DNA of 61,388 nucleotides, filler included. It is 3 parts of 3 records of this genome, joined end to end, with 100 filler letters (N's around TTAATTAATTAA, not from the genome) between each part and the next. Parts side by side here need not be neighbours in the genome. Positions count along the whole stretch, not along the records: positions 1 to 27,771 come from SRR22947725_112; 2 more parts are not named here. One strand, given 5' to 3'. A model generated the notes under the pieces. The model was given only the letters and a program-made list of their open reading frames with translations, was not told where the DNA came from and made no database searches. The position numbers were made by a program, and so were the translations under genes. Positions 10,377 through 19,739 of this stretch are shown one piece after another. The stretch's first letter is position 1. Every line of letters begins with the position of its first letter.

Positions 10377-11330
10377 ATGAAGTATAAAAATTATCCCGTT
10401 ATATTTGAGATAAAAAAATTTGAGTTGAAAGACGTTTTTAAGATCTCAAGAGGATCTAAGACTTCGATAAATACGATACAAGTAAAAATATGTAAAAAAG
10501 ACTTAATAGGACGAGGAGAATGTGTACCGTACAAAAGATATGGTGATAATTTAAATAAATTAGTTAAATTACTTAAAAGCAATAGCAATTATAACAACTT
10601 AAAATCTATTAGTTTCTTATCCTTAAGAAACGCACTGTCTAATGCTTATTTCGATTTAAAATTGAAAGAAAAAAAAATACCTTATATCGATATATTGAAG
10701 AAAACTAAATATCGAACAGCAGTCACTATTCCAATATTAAATAAAAAAAAATTTATCAATGAAGTTAAAAAAATTAAAAATATTAAAATAATAAAAATAA
10801 AGTTAGATCAAAAAAAAGTATTTGATTATTTAAATATTTTAAAAAAAATTTCTCCAAAGAGTAAAATTATTATTGATGCTAATGAAGGTTGGTCAATTTC
10901 ATTTATTAAAAATAATGAAGCATTACTTAAAAGATATAATATTTTTTTTATAGAACAGCCTGTTAAGGCTAAAAGTGATCACTTATTGAAGTCAAATTTA
11001 CCCTTATGTGCCGATGAAAGTTTTTATTTAAATAAGAATTATAAAATAATAAAAAATATTTATAAATGGGTAAATTTAAAACCAGATAAATTTGGTAGTG
11101 AAAAGGATATTAAAAAAGCAATTGATTTTGCAAAAAAAAATAAACTAAAAATATTTCTTGGATGCATGGTGAGCAGTTCTCTATCGATTGTACCTTGTTT
11201 AAGATTTGCAAAATATTGTGATGTATTAGATTTAGATGGATCTTTATTTTTATCAAAAGATTATAAATTTGGAGTAAAGTATAAAAAAGATCTCTTAACT
11301 TATGATAAGAGGTTTAATTATGGATATTAG
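10377..11330 (+). CDS. Enolase-superfamily dipeptide epimerase (DgcA / L-Ala-D/L-Glu epimerase-like)
   Basis: [44 protein letters not shown]. True start is likely 10377 or 10356; the longer ORF overlaps the ferredoxin gene. Confidence 0.8.
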   Translation: MKYKNYPVIFEIKKFELKDVFKISRGSKTSINTIQVKICKKDLIGRGECVPYKRYGDNLNKLVKLLKSNSNYNNLKSISFLSLRNALSNAYFDLKLKEKKIPYIDILKKTKYRTAVTIPILNKKKFINEVKKIKNIKIIKIKLDQKKVFDYLNILKKISPKSKIIIDANEGWSISFIKNNEALLKRYNIFFIEQPVKAKSDHLLKSNLPLCADESFYLNKNYKIIKNIYKWVNLKPDKFGSEKDIKKAIDFAKKNKLKIFLGCMVSSSLSIVPCLRFAKYCDVLDLDGSLFLSKDYKFGVKYKKDLLTYDKRFNYGY

Positions 11331-11410
11331 TCATTTTTATTGAATAAATTTGAAAAATTTTACTTTGATTTTAAAATTAGTTTTAACTAAAATGTATTTG
11401 GGGAAATTAA

Positions 11411-13297
11411 TTGAGCAAATATCAAGAGACATTTAATCGTTCATTATCTAATCCAGAAGATTTTTGGTCTTCTGCAGCAAATGATGTCAAATGGATTAAA
11501 AAATTTGAAAAAGTAATTCACACTGATGGTCCTCCTTTTTATAAATGGTTCAAGGGCGGTAAAATAAATACATGCTATAATGCGTTAGATCGTCATGTGG
11601 ATGAGGGGAACGGTGATCGTATTGCATTAATTTACGATAGTGCAATGATCAATGTTAAAAAGAAATTTTCTTACAAAGAGTTACAGGATAAGACCGCCGA
11701 ACTTGCTGGAGCCCTGCAAAGATCTGGAATTAAAAAGGGAGATAGAATAATTATTTATATGCCAATGATTCCAGAAGCAATCATGGCAATGTTAGCGTGT
11801 GGTAGGATTGGAGCAGTGCACTCTGTAGTATTTGGTGGCTTTGCTTCAAGTGAACTTGCAAGTCGAATTGATGATTCAAAAGCAAAAATGATTTTGTCAG
11901 CTTCATGTGGTTTAGAACCTGGAAAAACTGTTGAATACAAACCTTTGTTAGATGGTGCAAAAAAAATTGCAAAACACAAAGTTGAAAAAACAGTAATTTT
12001 TCAAAGAGAGCAGCTCGTTTGTACCCTAGGAACAGATGACATTGATTGGAATGAATTTATTTATGAAGCTCCGAAAGCAGATTGCATTGAATGTGATGCA
12101 AATGATCCGGCTTATATACTTTACACATCTGGAACAACTGGAGTTCCAAAGGGAATTTTAAGGGATATTGGAGGACATATCGTTGGCTTGAAATGGACGA
12201 TGAAGAATGTTTACGATATTAACCCAGGAGACATTTGGTGGTCGGCAAGTGATATAGGGTGGATTGTAGGACATTCTTACATAGTTTATGCTCCACTATT
12301 TCACGGTTGTACTACTATAATATTTGAAGGAAAACCTGTAGGCACACCAGATCCTGGTGCCTTTTGGAGAATAATTTCAGAGTATAAAGTTAAAACTTTA
12401 TTTACCGCTCCCACAGCCTTTCGAGCTATTAAAAAGGAAGACCCTAATGGAGAATATTTTAAAAAATACGATCTATCAAAATTTGAAGCATTATATCTTG
12501 CAGGTGAAAGAGCTGATCCTGATACAATTCACTGGGCAGAAGGTTTGTTAAAAAAACCCGTAATTGATCATTGGTGGCAAACTGAAACAAGCTGGACCAT
12601 TGCAGGAAATTTTAAAGGACTTGGATTGTTTCCAACTAAATATGGTTCTGCAGGAAAACCAGCTCCTGGTTATGATGTTAAAGTTTTAAAAGAAAATGGC
12701 AATGAAGCAAAACCTGGTGAAATGGGCGATATTTGTGTTAAGCTTCCTTTACCACCAAGCACTTTTCCAACACTTTGGAATGCAAACAAGCGTTACGAAG
12801 AAAATTATATGAGCACTTATCCTGGATACTATCAAACATATGATGCAGGTCATATTGATGAAGATGGTTACGTTTGGATCATGTCTAGAACGGATGATAT
12901 TATTAATGTTGCTGGGCATAGATTATCAACGGGTTCAATGGAAGAAGTTTTGTCAGAACATCCAGATGTTGCTGAATGTGCAGTTGTTGGAATAGCTGAC
13001 AAGCTAAAAGGTCAAATACCTATCGGAATGGTTGTTTTAAAATCTGGAGTTACAAAATCTCATGAGAATGTAAGCAAAGAATGTGTACAAATGATAAGGG
13101 ATAAAATTGGTCCAGTTGCAGCCTTTAAAACTGCTATTGTCATTAAAAGACTTCCAAAAACTAGATCGGGAAAAGTTTTAAGAGGGACAATGAGAAAGAT
13201 TGCTGACAAAGAAGAATACAAAATGCCAGCAACAATTGACGATCCAGCTATTCTGGATGAAATCAAAGACTCTCTTAAGGTGGCTAAGATCTTATAA
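11411..13297 (+). CDS. prpE: Propionyl-CoA synthetase (propionate/acrylate--CoA ligase family)
   Basis: YTSGTTGVPKG, DHWWQTET, AGERADP, LPKTRSGK; TTG start with a GGGG RBS at 11400-11403. Confidence 0.9.
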   Translation: MSKYQETFNRSLSNPEDFWSSAANDVKWIKKFEKVIHTDGPPFYKWFKGGKINTCYNALDRHVDEGNGDRIALIYDSAMINVKKKFSYKELQDKTAELAGALQRSGIKKGDRIIIYMPMIPEAIMAMLACGRIGAVHSVVFGGFASSELASRIDDSKAKMILSASCGLEPGKTVEYKPLLDGAKKIAKHKVEKTVIFQREQLVCTLGTDDIDWNEFIYEAPKADCIECDANDPAYILYTSGTTGVPKGILRDIGGHIVGLKWTMKNVYDINPGDIWWSASDIGWIVGHSYIVYAPLFHGCTTIIFEGKPVGTPDPGAFWRIISEYKVKTLFTAPTAFRAIKKEDPNGEYFKKYDLSKFEALYLAGERADPDTIHWAEGLLKKPVIDHWWQTETSWTIAGNFKGLGLFPTKYGSAGKPAPGYDVKVLKENGNEAKPGEMGDICVKLPLPPSTFPTLWNANKRYEENYMSTYPGYYQTYDAGHIDEDGYVWIMSRTDDIINVAGHRLSTGSMEEVLSEHPDVAECAVVGIADKLKGQIPIGMVVLKSGVTKSHENVSKECVQMIRDKIGPVAAFKTAIVIKRLPKTRSGKVLRGTMRKIADKEEYKMPATIDDPAILDEIKDSLKVAKIL

Positions 13298-14497
13298 TTA
13301 TTTGTGATTTAAAAAGTCTCTCTCAATACACATAGCGATACCCATACCGCCACCAATACAAAGAGTTGCTAAACCTTTTTTAACTTTTCTTTTTTGCATC
13401 TCATGAATTAAAGATACAAGAATTCTAGCACCAGATGCTCCGATTGGATGACCAAGAGCAATCGCACCACCATTTACATTTATTTTGTCAGCAGTAAAAC
13501 CAAGCTCTTTATTTACTGAGATTGCTTGTGCTGCAAATGCTTCATTAGCTTCAACTAAATCAACTTGATCTTCGCCCCAACCAGCTTTTTCTAAAGCTTT
13601 TTTAGAAGCAGGGATTGGACCGGTTCCCATAATTGATGGATCTACTCCGCATTGTGCCCAAGAAACTATTCTTGCTAGAGGTTCAATTTTTCTTTTCTTT
13701 GCTTCTTCTGCAGTCATTAATACAACTGCTGCGGCACCATCATTAATACCAGAAGCATTACCAGCAGTAACTGTACCATCTTTCTTAAATGCAGGTCTTA
13801 ATTGAGATAATTTATCAACTGTTGTGTCTGATTTTGGATATTCATCTGTATCAAATGTTTTTTCTTGTTTTTTAATTTTTACTTTAATTGGAACAATTTC
13901 GTCTTTAAACTTCTTTTCTTTAATTGCTTCAGTTGCCTTTCTTTGAGATGAAGATGCAAAAGTATCCTGATCTTCTCTCGAAATTTTATATTTTTCAGCA
14001 ACATTCTCAGCCGTAATACCCATATGATAATTGTTATAAGCATCCCACAGACCATCAACGATCATGCTATCTGTTAACGTACCAGGCCCCATTTTAATTC
14101 CATTTCTTAAATTTGCAAAATGTGGAGCGTTACTCATGCTCTCCTGACCACCAGCAACCATAACATTTCCATCACCACATAATAGTGAGTTATAAGCTAA
14201 AGCAACTGAGGCTAATCCTGATCCACATACCTGATTAATTGTTGTTGCAGTTTTGTCTTTTGAGATCCCTGCGTGAATTGCTGCTTGTCTTGCTGGGTTT
14301 TGTCCAGCGCCAGTCGTTAACACCTGTCCCATATAAACCATATCAACATCATCTGCTTTTAAGTGAGAATGGTTCATACATCTTTTGATCACTTCTGCTC
14401 CAAGTTGAGGTGCAGTTTGTGAAGCTAAAGAACCACCAAACGATCCGATTGCAGTTCTAAAGGCACTTGTGATTACGATATTATTTTTATCTGACAT
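13298..14497 (-). CDS. phaA: Acetyl-CoA acetyltransferase (beta-ketothiolase)
   Basis: NQVCGSG, NEAFA, GHPIGASG, CIGGG; lies in the PHA cluster. Confidence 0.93.
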   Translation of the reverse strand: MSDKNNIVITSAFRTAIGSFGGSLASQTAPQLGAEVIKRCMNHSHLKADDVDMVYMGQVLTTGAGQNPARQAAIHAGISKDKTATTINQVCGSGLASVALAYNSLLCGDGNVMVAGGQESMSNAPHFANLRNGIKMGPGTLTDSMIVDGLWDAYNNYHMGITAENVAEKYKISREDQDTFASSSQRKATEAIKEKKFKDEIVPIKVKIKKQEKTFDTDEYPKSDTTVDKLSQLRPAFKKDGTVTAGNASGINDGAAAVVLMTAEEAKKRKIEPLARIVSWAQCGVDPSIMGTGPIPASKKALEKAGWGEDQVDLVEANEAFAAQAISVNKELGFTADKINVNGGAIALGHPIGASGARILVSLIHEMQKRKVKKGLATLCIGGGMGIAMCIERDFLNHK

Positions 14498-14516
14498 TTA
14501 TTTTCTCCTAATTAAA

Positions 14517-15245
14517 TTATTGATAATGTTGACCGCCATTAATATTTAAAGTTGCTCCAGTCATAAAAGCTGCTTCATCACTACATAAGTAACTTACTAG
14601 AGAAGCAATTTCTTTTGGATCCGCTAATCTTCCAACAGGAATTTGAGCAATGATACTTTCTAATATTTTTGGATCAATTTTTTTAACCATATCTGTTCCA
14701 ACATAACCAGGTGCAATTGCATTTACAGTAACACCTTTATTTGCATTTTCTTGTGCAACAGCTTTTGTAAAACCTATGATACCAGCTTTAGCAGCTGAGT
14801 AATTTGACTGCCCCATTTGTCCCTTAACACCGTTGATAGAGCTAATAGAAACAATTCTACCAAATTTTTTTGCCCTCATGTTTTCAATTACATTTCTTGT
14901 TACGTTAAACATTGAGTTTAAATTAATATTGATTACTGCATTCCATTCTTCAACGGACATCTTATGTAAAAATTTATCTTTCGTTATTCCTGCGTTATTA
15001 ACTAAAATATCTATTGTATTTCCCGCTTCTTCTTCAATTTGCTTAATTGCTCTTACGCAATCTTCATAATAAGAAACATCAAATTTTATTAGTTTAATCC
15101 CAGTCTTTTTTGAAAATTCATTTGGACCTTCCGGTGTTCCAATATAACTTGCAACAACATCAAATCCGTCGTCTTTTAATTTTGTTGAAATTTCAGCACC
15201 AATCCCTCTTGTACCACCAGTTACTAATGCTAATTTTTTTGACAT
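14517..15245 (-). CDS. phaB: Acetoacetyl-CoA reductase
   Basis: TGGTRGIG, NNAGIT, SSINGVKGQMGQSNYSAAKAG, INGGQH. Confidence 0.93.
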   Translation of the reverse strand: MSKKLALVTGGTRGIGAEISTKLKDDGFDVVASYIGTPEGPNEFSKKTGIKLIKFDVSYYEDCVRAIKQIEEEAGNTIDILVNNAGITKDKFLHKMSVEEWNAVININLNSMFNVTRNVIENMRAKKFGRIVSISSINGVKGQMGQSNYSAAKAGIIGFTKAVAQENANKGVTVNAIAPGYVGTDMVKKIDPKILESIIAQIPVGRLADPKEIASLVSYLCSDEAAFMTGATLNINGGQHYQ

Positions 15246-15277
15246 GAAAATCGTATATAAGGTTTTTTTTAAATTAC

Positions 15278-15321
15278 TACAAGGCTAGATTATAACTTGG
15301 GGGGAAAAATCTAACCTTGTA
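15278..15321 (-). other. 14-bp stem-loop with a C-rich loop between phasin and phaB
   Basis: Minus strand TACAAGGTTAGATT-tttccccccaagttat-AATCTAGCCTTGTA; the one non-Watson-Crick position pairs (G.U) only on the minus strand. Confidence 0.75.
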
Positions 15322-15334
15322 AATAATGACTAAA

Positions 15335-15799
15335 TTAATTTTTAGTTTCAGCTTTTACTGAAGTTTTAGTAGTTTCTTCAGAAACAACTTTTTTAAGTTC
15401 AGTTAAACCATCCAAAAATCTAGTATTTAGAATTTGGTAAGCTTCATTAGCTGTTTTTTCATTAATCTTAGATAATTCAGCAACGTTTTTTTGAGCTTCT
15501 ACGATTGCTTTCTTAACTAATTCAATTGAATTAGCTGCAGATTCTTGAGTGTTACCTTTTGCAACTTCAGAAGTAGCATCTTTAGCACTTGCTATTGCAG
15601 TGTTTAAGATTTCAACTTGTTTATTTGCAAATGCATTTACACCTTCAAAAACAGCTTTAGATGCACCAGCTACCGCCTCAAGAGTTTTCTTTTGAGCATC
15701 GATATAACTTGCAGAGTTAACATCTAATTTCGGTAATTTAGTTGCCGAAAGTACTTTTTGAAAATCAAACATTTCAAAAGGGTTATTTGAGTTAAACAT
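15335..15799 (-). CDS. phaP: Phasin (PHA granule-associated protein)
   Basis: Ala/Lys-rich helical 154-aa protein with phasin_2-like AQKKTLEA...FANKQVEIL and YQILNTRFLDGLTE; divergent from phaC. Confidence 0.82.
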   Translation of the reverse strand: MFNSNNPFEMFDFQKVLSATKLPKLDVNSASYIDAQKKTLEAVAGASKAVFEGVNAFANKQVEILNTAIASAKDATSEVAKGNTQESAANSIELVKKAIVEAQKNVAELSKINEKTANEAYQILNTRFLDGLTELKKVVSEETTKTSVKAETKN

Positions 15800-15838
15800 A
15801 TTTATTTTCCTTATTTATTATTAATTAAGAATGATATA

Positions 15839-15960
15839 TATTGCGATGCGCAATAAATCAAGGTCTAAAATTAAATAAAATTATAAATTATTGAATTTAT
15901 TGTATTTTATTTATATGCTTTGCAGCATATTATATTGCAAAACAAAATAATATGTTGCAA
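15839..15960. promoter_or_regulatory. Candidate PhaR operator array in the phasin/phaC divergent promoter
   Basis: Inverted repeats TATTGCG-N3-CGCAATA (15839-15855) and ATATGCT-N4-AGCATAT (15913-15930); TATRTTGCAA direct repeat at 15931 and 15951; TGC/GCA-rich sites in an otherwise nearly GC-free spacer. Confidence 0.65.
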
Positions 15961-16009
15961 TAGCTAAAATATATAATTTAATAATAAAAATTAAAAATTA
16001 AAGAGATAT

Positions 16010-17887
16010 ATGAAAAAAAATAATAATGGTCAGAATTTCGAAAAAATCGAAACCCCAAATTTTGACCAACTCAATGACATTTTTCAGAATAATATAAAAA
16101 TTTATAATAACTTCGTTAAAAAATCTAATTCAGCTTATCAGAAACCTAAGATCAAAGTTAAGGGGGATGGAAAAAACAATTCTCAATCAAATAAAGAATT
16201 TAGCTCCATAGACTTATTAAATCTAATAAACCCCACAACTACAAAAATTACTAATACACTTATTGATGTTTCCACTCGAATGGCAAGTAATCCAACTTTA
16301 TACTATGAGCATATAAATAAATGGATCCAGCAAATCGCTTCTTTAAATTTTTATTTTATAGCAAGATTGTCAAACCAGTCTGCCGATCCTGTTATTAAAC
16401 CAGGTAAAACTGATAAAAGGTTTTCTGCATCCGAGTGGACAGATAATATTTTTTTTGATTTCATCAAACAGTTCTATCTTCTAACTTCAAGTATGATGGA
16501 CCAGTTAGTGGATTCTCTAGAGCATATTGATCCAAAGCAAAAGCAGTTGATAAAGTTTTATACAAATCAAATAAATGCAGCATTTTCTCCTACAAACTTT
16601 GCTGCAACAAATCCTGAAATTTTAAATCAAACAATCCAAGAAGGTGCTCAAAATCTAGTCAGAGGTTTTGAAAACTTTAAGAAAGATTATTTAAAACATC
16701 CTAACAAAATGTTTATATCGCAAACTGCTGAGGAATTTACTGTAGGAGAAAATATTGGAAATACAAAAGGTTCTGTTATTTTCAAAAATAATGTTTTTGA
16801 ATTAATCCACTATAAACCTGAAACAAATACTCAGTATGAAAAACCAATGTTGGTCATTCCCCCGTTTATTAATAAGTTTTATATAATGGATTTAAATGAA
16901 AAAAAATCGATGGTTAAATATCTAATTGAAAATAATCATAATACTTTTTTAATATCATGGAAAAATCCAAAATCGGATAGCAAAGACTTTGGATTCAATG
17001 TATATATCAATGAAGGTGTTTTAAAAGCGCTTGATGTAGTTTGTGAACAAACTGGTTCAGATGGTGCAAATACCACTTCTTATTGTGTTGGTGGAACTTT
17101 GACATCAATGGTTTTGGCTCATTTAGCTAATCAAAAAAATATTAAAAATAAAATTTTATCTTCAACATATTTTGCTAGTTTAATAGATTTTACCGAACCT
17201 GGAGATCTCGGAGTATTTATTAGTGAAGAACAAATAGAAATGATTGAAAAGCAAATGAAAACAAAAGGCTACTTTGATGGAAAAGATATGGCTGCTTGTT
17301 TTAATTTTTTAAGACCAGGAGATCTTTATTGGAACTATGTAATAAATAATTACCTCAAGGGAAATCAACCTACGGCTTTTGATATGCTGTATTGGAATAG
17401 TGACTCAACACGAATTCCAGAAGTTCTTCACAGTGATTATTTAAGGTCAATGTATTTAAATAATCTTTTAATAAAAAAAGAGTATAAATTCAGTGGAAAC
17501 GTTTTGGATATATCAAAAATTAAAACTCCTATGTTTCATGTGGCAACAACGGATGACCATATCGCACCATGGAAATCTGTATATATGGGGCTAAACCATT
17601 ACAAAGGAAATATTGAATTTACCTTAGCAAATTCAGGACATATTGCTGGAATTATTCAAGGAAAGGGTGCCAAGCCTGGTAAACAATATTATTTTGAAAA
17701 TAAAAATATAGAAAAAGACTCAAACAAATGGCTTGAAAATTCTAATAAAATTGAAGGTTCTTGGTGGCCAAAATGGATGGAATGGCTTAAACAACACTCT
17801 GGTGAGCTAAAGAAAGTAGAGCAAATTAATTTAAATAAATTTAAAGAAATATATAAAGCACCTGGAGAATATGTTTTAGAGAAATAA
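16010..17887 (+). CDS. phaC: Class I polyhydroxyalkanoate synthase
   Basis: DKRF, SPTNFAATNP, PPFINKFYIMDL, catalytic Cys in SYCVGG, DDHIAPW Asp, SGHIAG His, GSWWPKW, APGEYV. Confidence 0.97.
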   Translation: MKKNNNGQNFEKIETPNFDQLNDIFQNNIKIYNNFVKKSNSAYQKPKIKVKGDGKNNSQSNKEFSSIDLLNLINPTTTKITNTLIDVSTRMASNPTLYYEHINKWIQQIASLNFYFIARLSNQSADPVIKPGKTDKRFSASEWTDNIFFDFIKQFYLLTSSMMDQLVDSLEHIDPKQKQLIKFYTNQINAAFSPTNFAATNPEILNQTIQEGAQNLVRGFENFKKDYLKHPNKMFISQTAEEFTVGENIGNTKGSVIFKNNVFELIHYKPETNTQYEKPMLVIPPFINKFYIMDLNEKKSMVKYLIENNHNTFLISWKNPKSDSKDFGFNVYINEGVLKALDVVCEQTGSDGANTTSYCVGGTLTSMVLAHLANQKNIKNKILSSTYFASLIDFTEPGDLGVFISEEQIEMIEKQMKTKGYFDGKDMAACFNFLRPGDLYWNYVINNYLKGNQPTAFDMLYWNSDSTRIPEVLHSDYLRSMYLNNLLIKKEYKFSGNVLDISKIKTPMFHVATTDDHIAPWKSVYMGLNHYKGNIEFTLANSGHIAGIIQGKGAKPGKQYYFENKNIEKDSNKWLENSNKIEGSWWPKWMEWLKQHSGELKKVEQINLNKFKEIYKAPGEYVLEK

Positions 17888-17889
17888 AA

Positions 17890-18423
17890 ATGATAGAAAT
17901 AAAAAAATATTCAAATCGTAGACTGTATAATACTGAGACGAGCTCATATATCACTCAAGAAGATATTGTGGCCCTTATCAAGCAAGGCAAACAATTTAAA
18001 ATTAAAGATGTTGAGACAAAAAAAGATATTACCTCAAGTATTTTAACTCAGATTGTTTTAGAAAGAGAAACAACAGGTACTAATTTAATTCCTGAAGAGT
18101 TTTTAAAACAAATTATTCTTTTTTATGAAAATGATAGATCTTCAGAAATGTTTGGATTTTTAAATAATGTAATGAATTTTGCAGATGCTAATAAATTTTT
18201 CACAGGAGGGTTTCAAAATATCATGAAATTTAACCCTTTTGATTTCCAGAATTACTTTAATAACGTAAATTCAACTGATACCAACCAAGAGACAAAAAGC
18301 AGCTCTTATTCAAAAGATGAAGATCAAGAAAATAAAAAAGATGAGCAAATTGATAAGCTTGCAACTCAAATAGACGAATTAAAATCTCAAATAAATAAAA
18401 TTAATAAAGAAAAAGTTAATTAA
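17890..18423 (+). CDS. phaR: PHA synthesis regulator PhaR
   Basis: IKKYSNRRLYNTETSSYIT N-terminal DNA-binding domain; DITSSILTQI; LKQIILFY. Confidence 0.93.
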   Translation: MIEIKKYSNRRLYNTETSSYITQEDIVALIKQGKQFKIKDVETKKDITSSILTQIVLERETTGTNLIPEEFLKQIILFYENDRSSEMFGFLNNVMNFADANKFFTGGFQNIMKFNPFDFQNYFNNVNSTDTNQETKSSSYSKDEDQENKKDEQIDKLATQIDELKSQINKINKEKVN

Positions 18424-19726
18424 AAGAAAAGGGCTGGCCCTGACTTTTTGTAATTAATTTTTGATCCCAAACTATTTTTTTACCACTAATAATTGTGCCA
18501 AATGGAGATACTCCAATTTGCATACCGTCAAATGGAGTCCATCCACAATTACTAACTATCCACTCATTTTTTATCTCATACTTCTTATTTAGGTTATAAA
18601 TTGTTAAATCTGCAATATTGCCCTCTTTTATTTCACCCCTATTTTTTATTCCAAATAATTTACATGGATTGGTACATAAAAGTTTGATCAATTTATCTAA
18701 AGTGATTTTTCCCTTTAAATAATAATCTGTCATTATTATTCCTATCGTTTGTGTTCCCGGCATACCAGATGGACTTTTTGGGTAAGGTTGGTTTTTTTGT
18801 TCCTTAGTATGAGGGGAATGATCTGAACCAATAATATCAATTAAACCATCATCTAATCCTTTCCAAATTCCATCTCTATGATCCTTGGTTCTGATTGGTG
18901 GATTGATTTGAGCAAAGGTATTAATTTGGTCATAAATATCAGGAGCAAAAAAAGTTAGGTGCTGGGGAGTTGTTTCTAATGTTACAAATTCTTGAGGATT
19001 TTCTCTAATATAATCAATCTCATCTTTTGTGGTAATATGAAGTATGTGAATTTTCTTTTTATGTTTATTGGCAAAATCAATAAGTTTTTTTGTAGATGAC
19101 ATGGCACAATCAACGCTTCTCCATTTATAATGAGATTTAACATTGCCCTCTTCAATGATGTTTTTTCTTGCCAAAAGCATATCCTCATCCTCAGAATGTA
19201 CAGAAACAATTTTTGGTGAATTTTTAATAACCTGTTCTATATAAAAATCTTCTTTAACTAAAAGATCGCCTGTTGATGAACCTACAAACATTTTGACACC
19301 ACAACAACCATCCAACCCGTTTAAGAAACTAAGTTTATTTGAATTCTCATTAGTCGCTCCAAAATAAAATGCGTAATTACAATGCATATTATTTTTTGCT
19401 CGATTTAATTTATCATTTAACATTTCTAGATTGTCAGTTATTGGAGATGTATTTGGCATCTCAAAAGTTCCAGTAATTCCACCCAATACTGCTGCCCGAC
19501 TTCCACTTTCTAGTGTTTCTTTTTCTGGATGACCAGGCTCTCTGAAATGAACGTGGGTATCAATAAAACCTGGGAAAATTGTTAAACCGCTACAATCTTG
19601 GATATCAGCATTTGCTGAAATTATATTTTCTTGAATTTTTAAGATTTTATCATTCTCAATTAAAATATCCAAATCTTGCAATTGATTATTGTAATATACT
19701 TGACCATTTTTTAATAATAATGACAT
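18416..19726 (-). CDS. pyrC: Dihydroorotase (long type)
   Basis: DTHVHFREPG, EMPNT, VKMFVGSSTG, GSDHSPH, GWTPFDG. Confidence 0.92.
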   Translation of the reverse strand: MSLLLKNGQVYYNNQLQDLDILIENDKILKIQENIISANADIQDCSGLTIFPGFIDTHVHFREPGHPEKETLESGSRAAVLGGITGTFEMPNTSPITDNLEMLNDKLNRAKNNMHCNYAFYFGATNENSNKLSFLNGLDGCCGVKMFVGSSTGDLLVKEDFYIEQVIKNSPKIVSVHSEDEDMLLARKNIIEEGNVKSHYKWRSVDCAMSSTKKLIDFANKHKKKIHILHITTKDEIDYIRENPQEFVTLETTPQHLTFFAPDIYDQINTFAQINPPIRTKDHRDGIWKGLDDGLIDIIGSDHSPHTKEQKNQPYPKSPSGMPGTQTIGIIMTDYYLKGKITLDKLIKLLCTNPCKLFGIKNRGEIKEGNIADLTIYNLNKKYEIKNEWIVSNCGWTPFDGMQIGVSPFGTIISGKKIVWDQKLITKSQGQPFSFN

Positions 19727-19739
19727 AATAGATATCTTA

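Noticed and set aside
11371-11390. Possible CtrA box upstream of prpE
   Set aside because: Spacing is TTAA-N8-TTAAC, not N7, and TTAA is abundant here.
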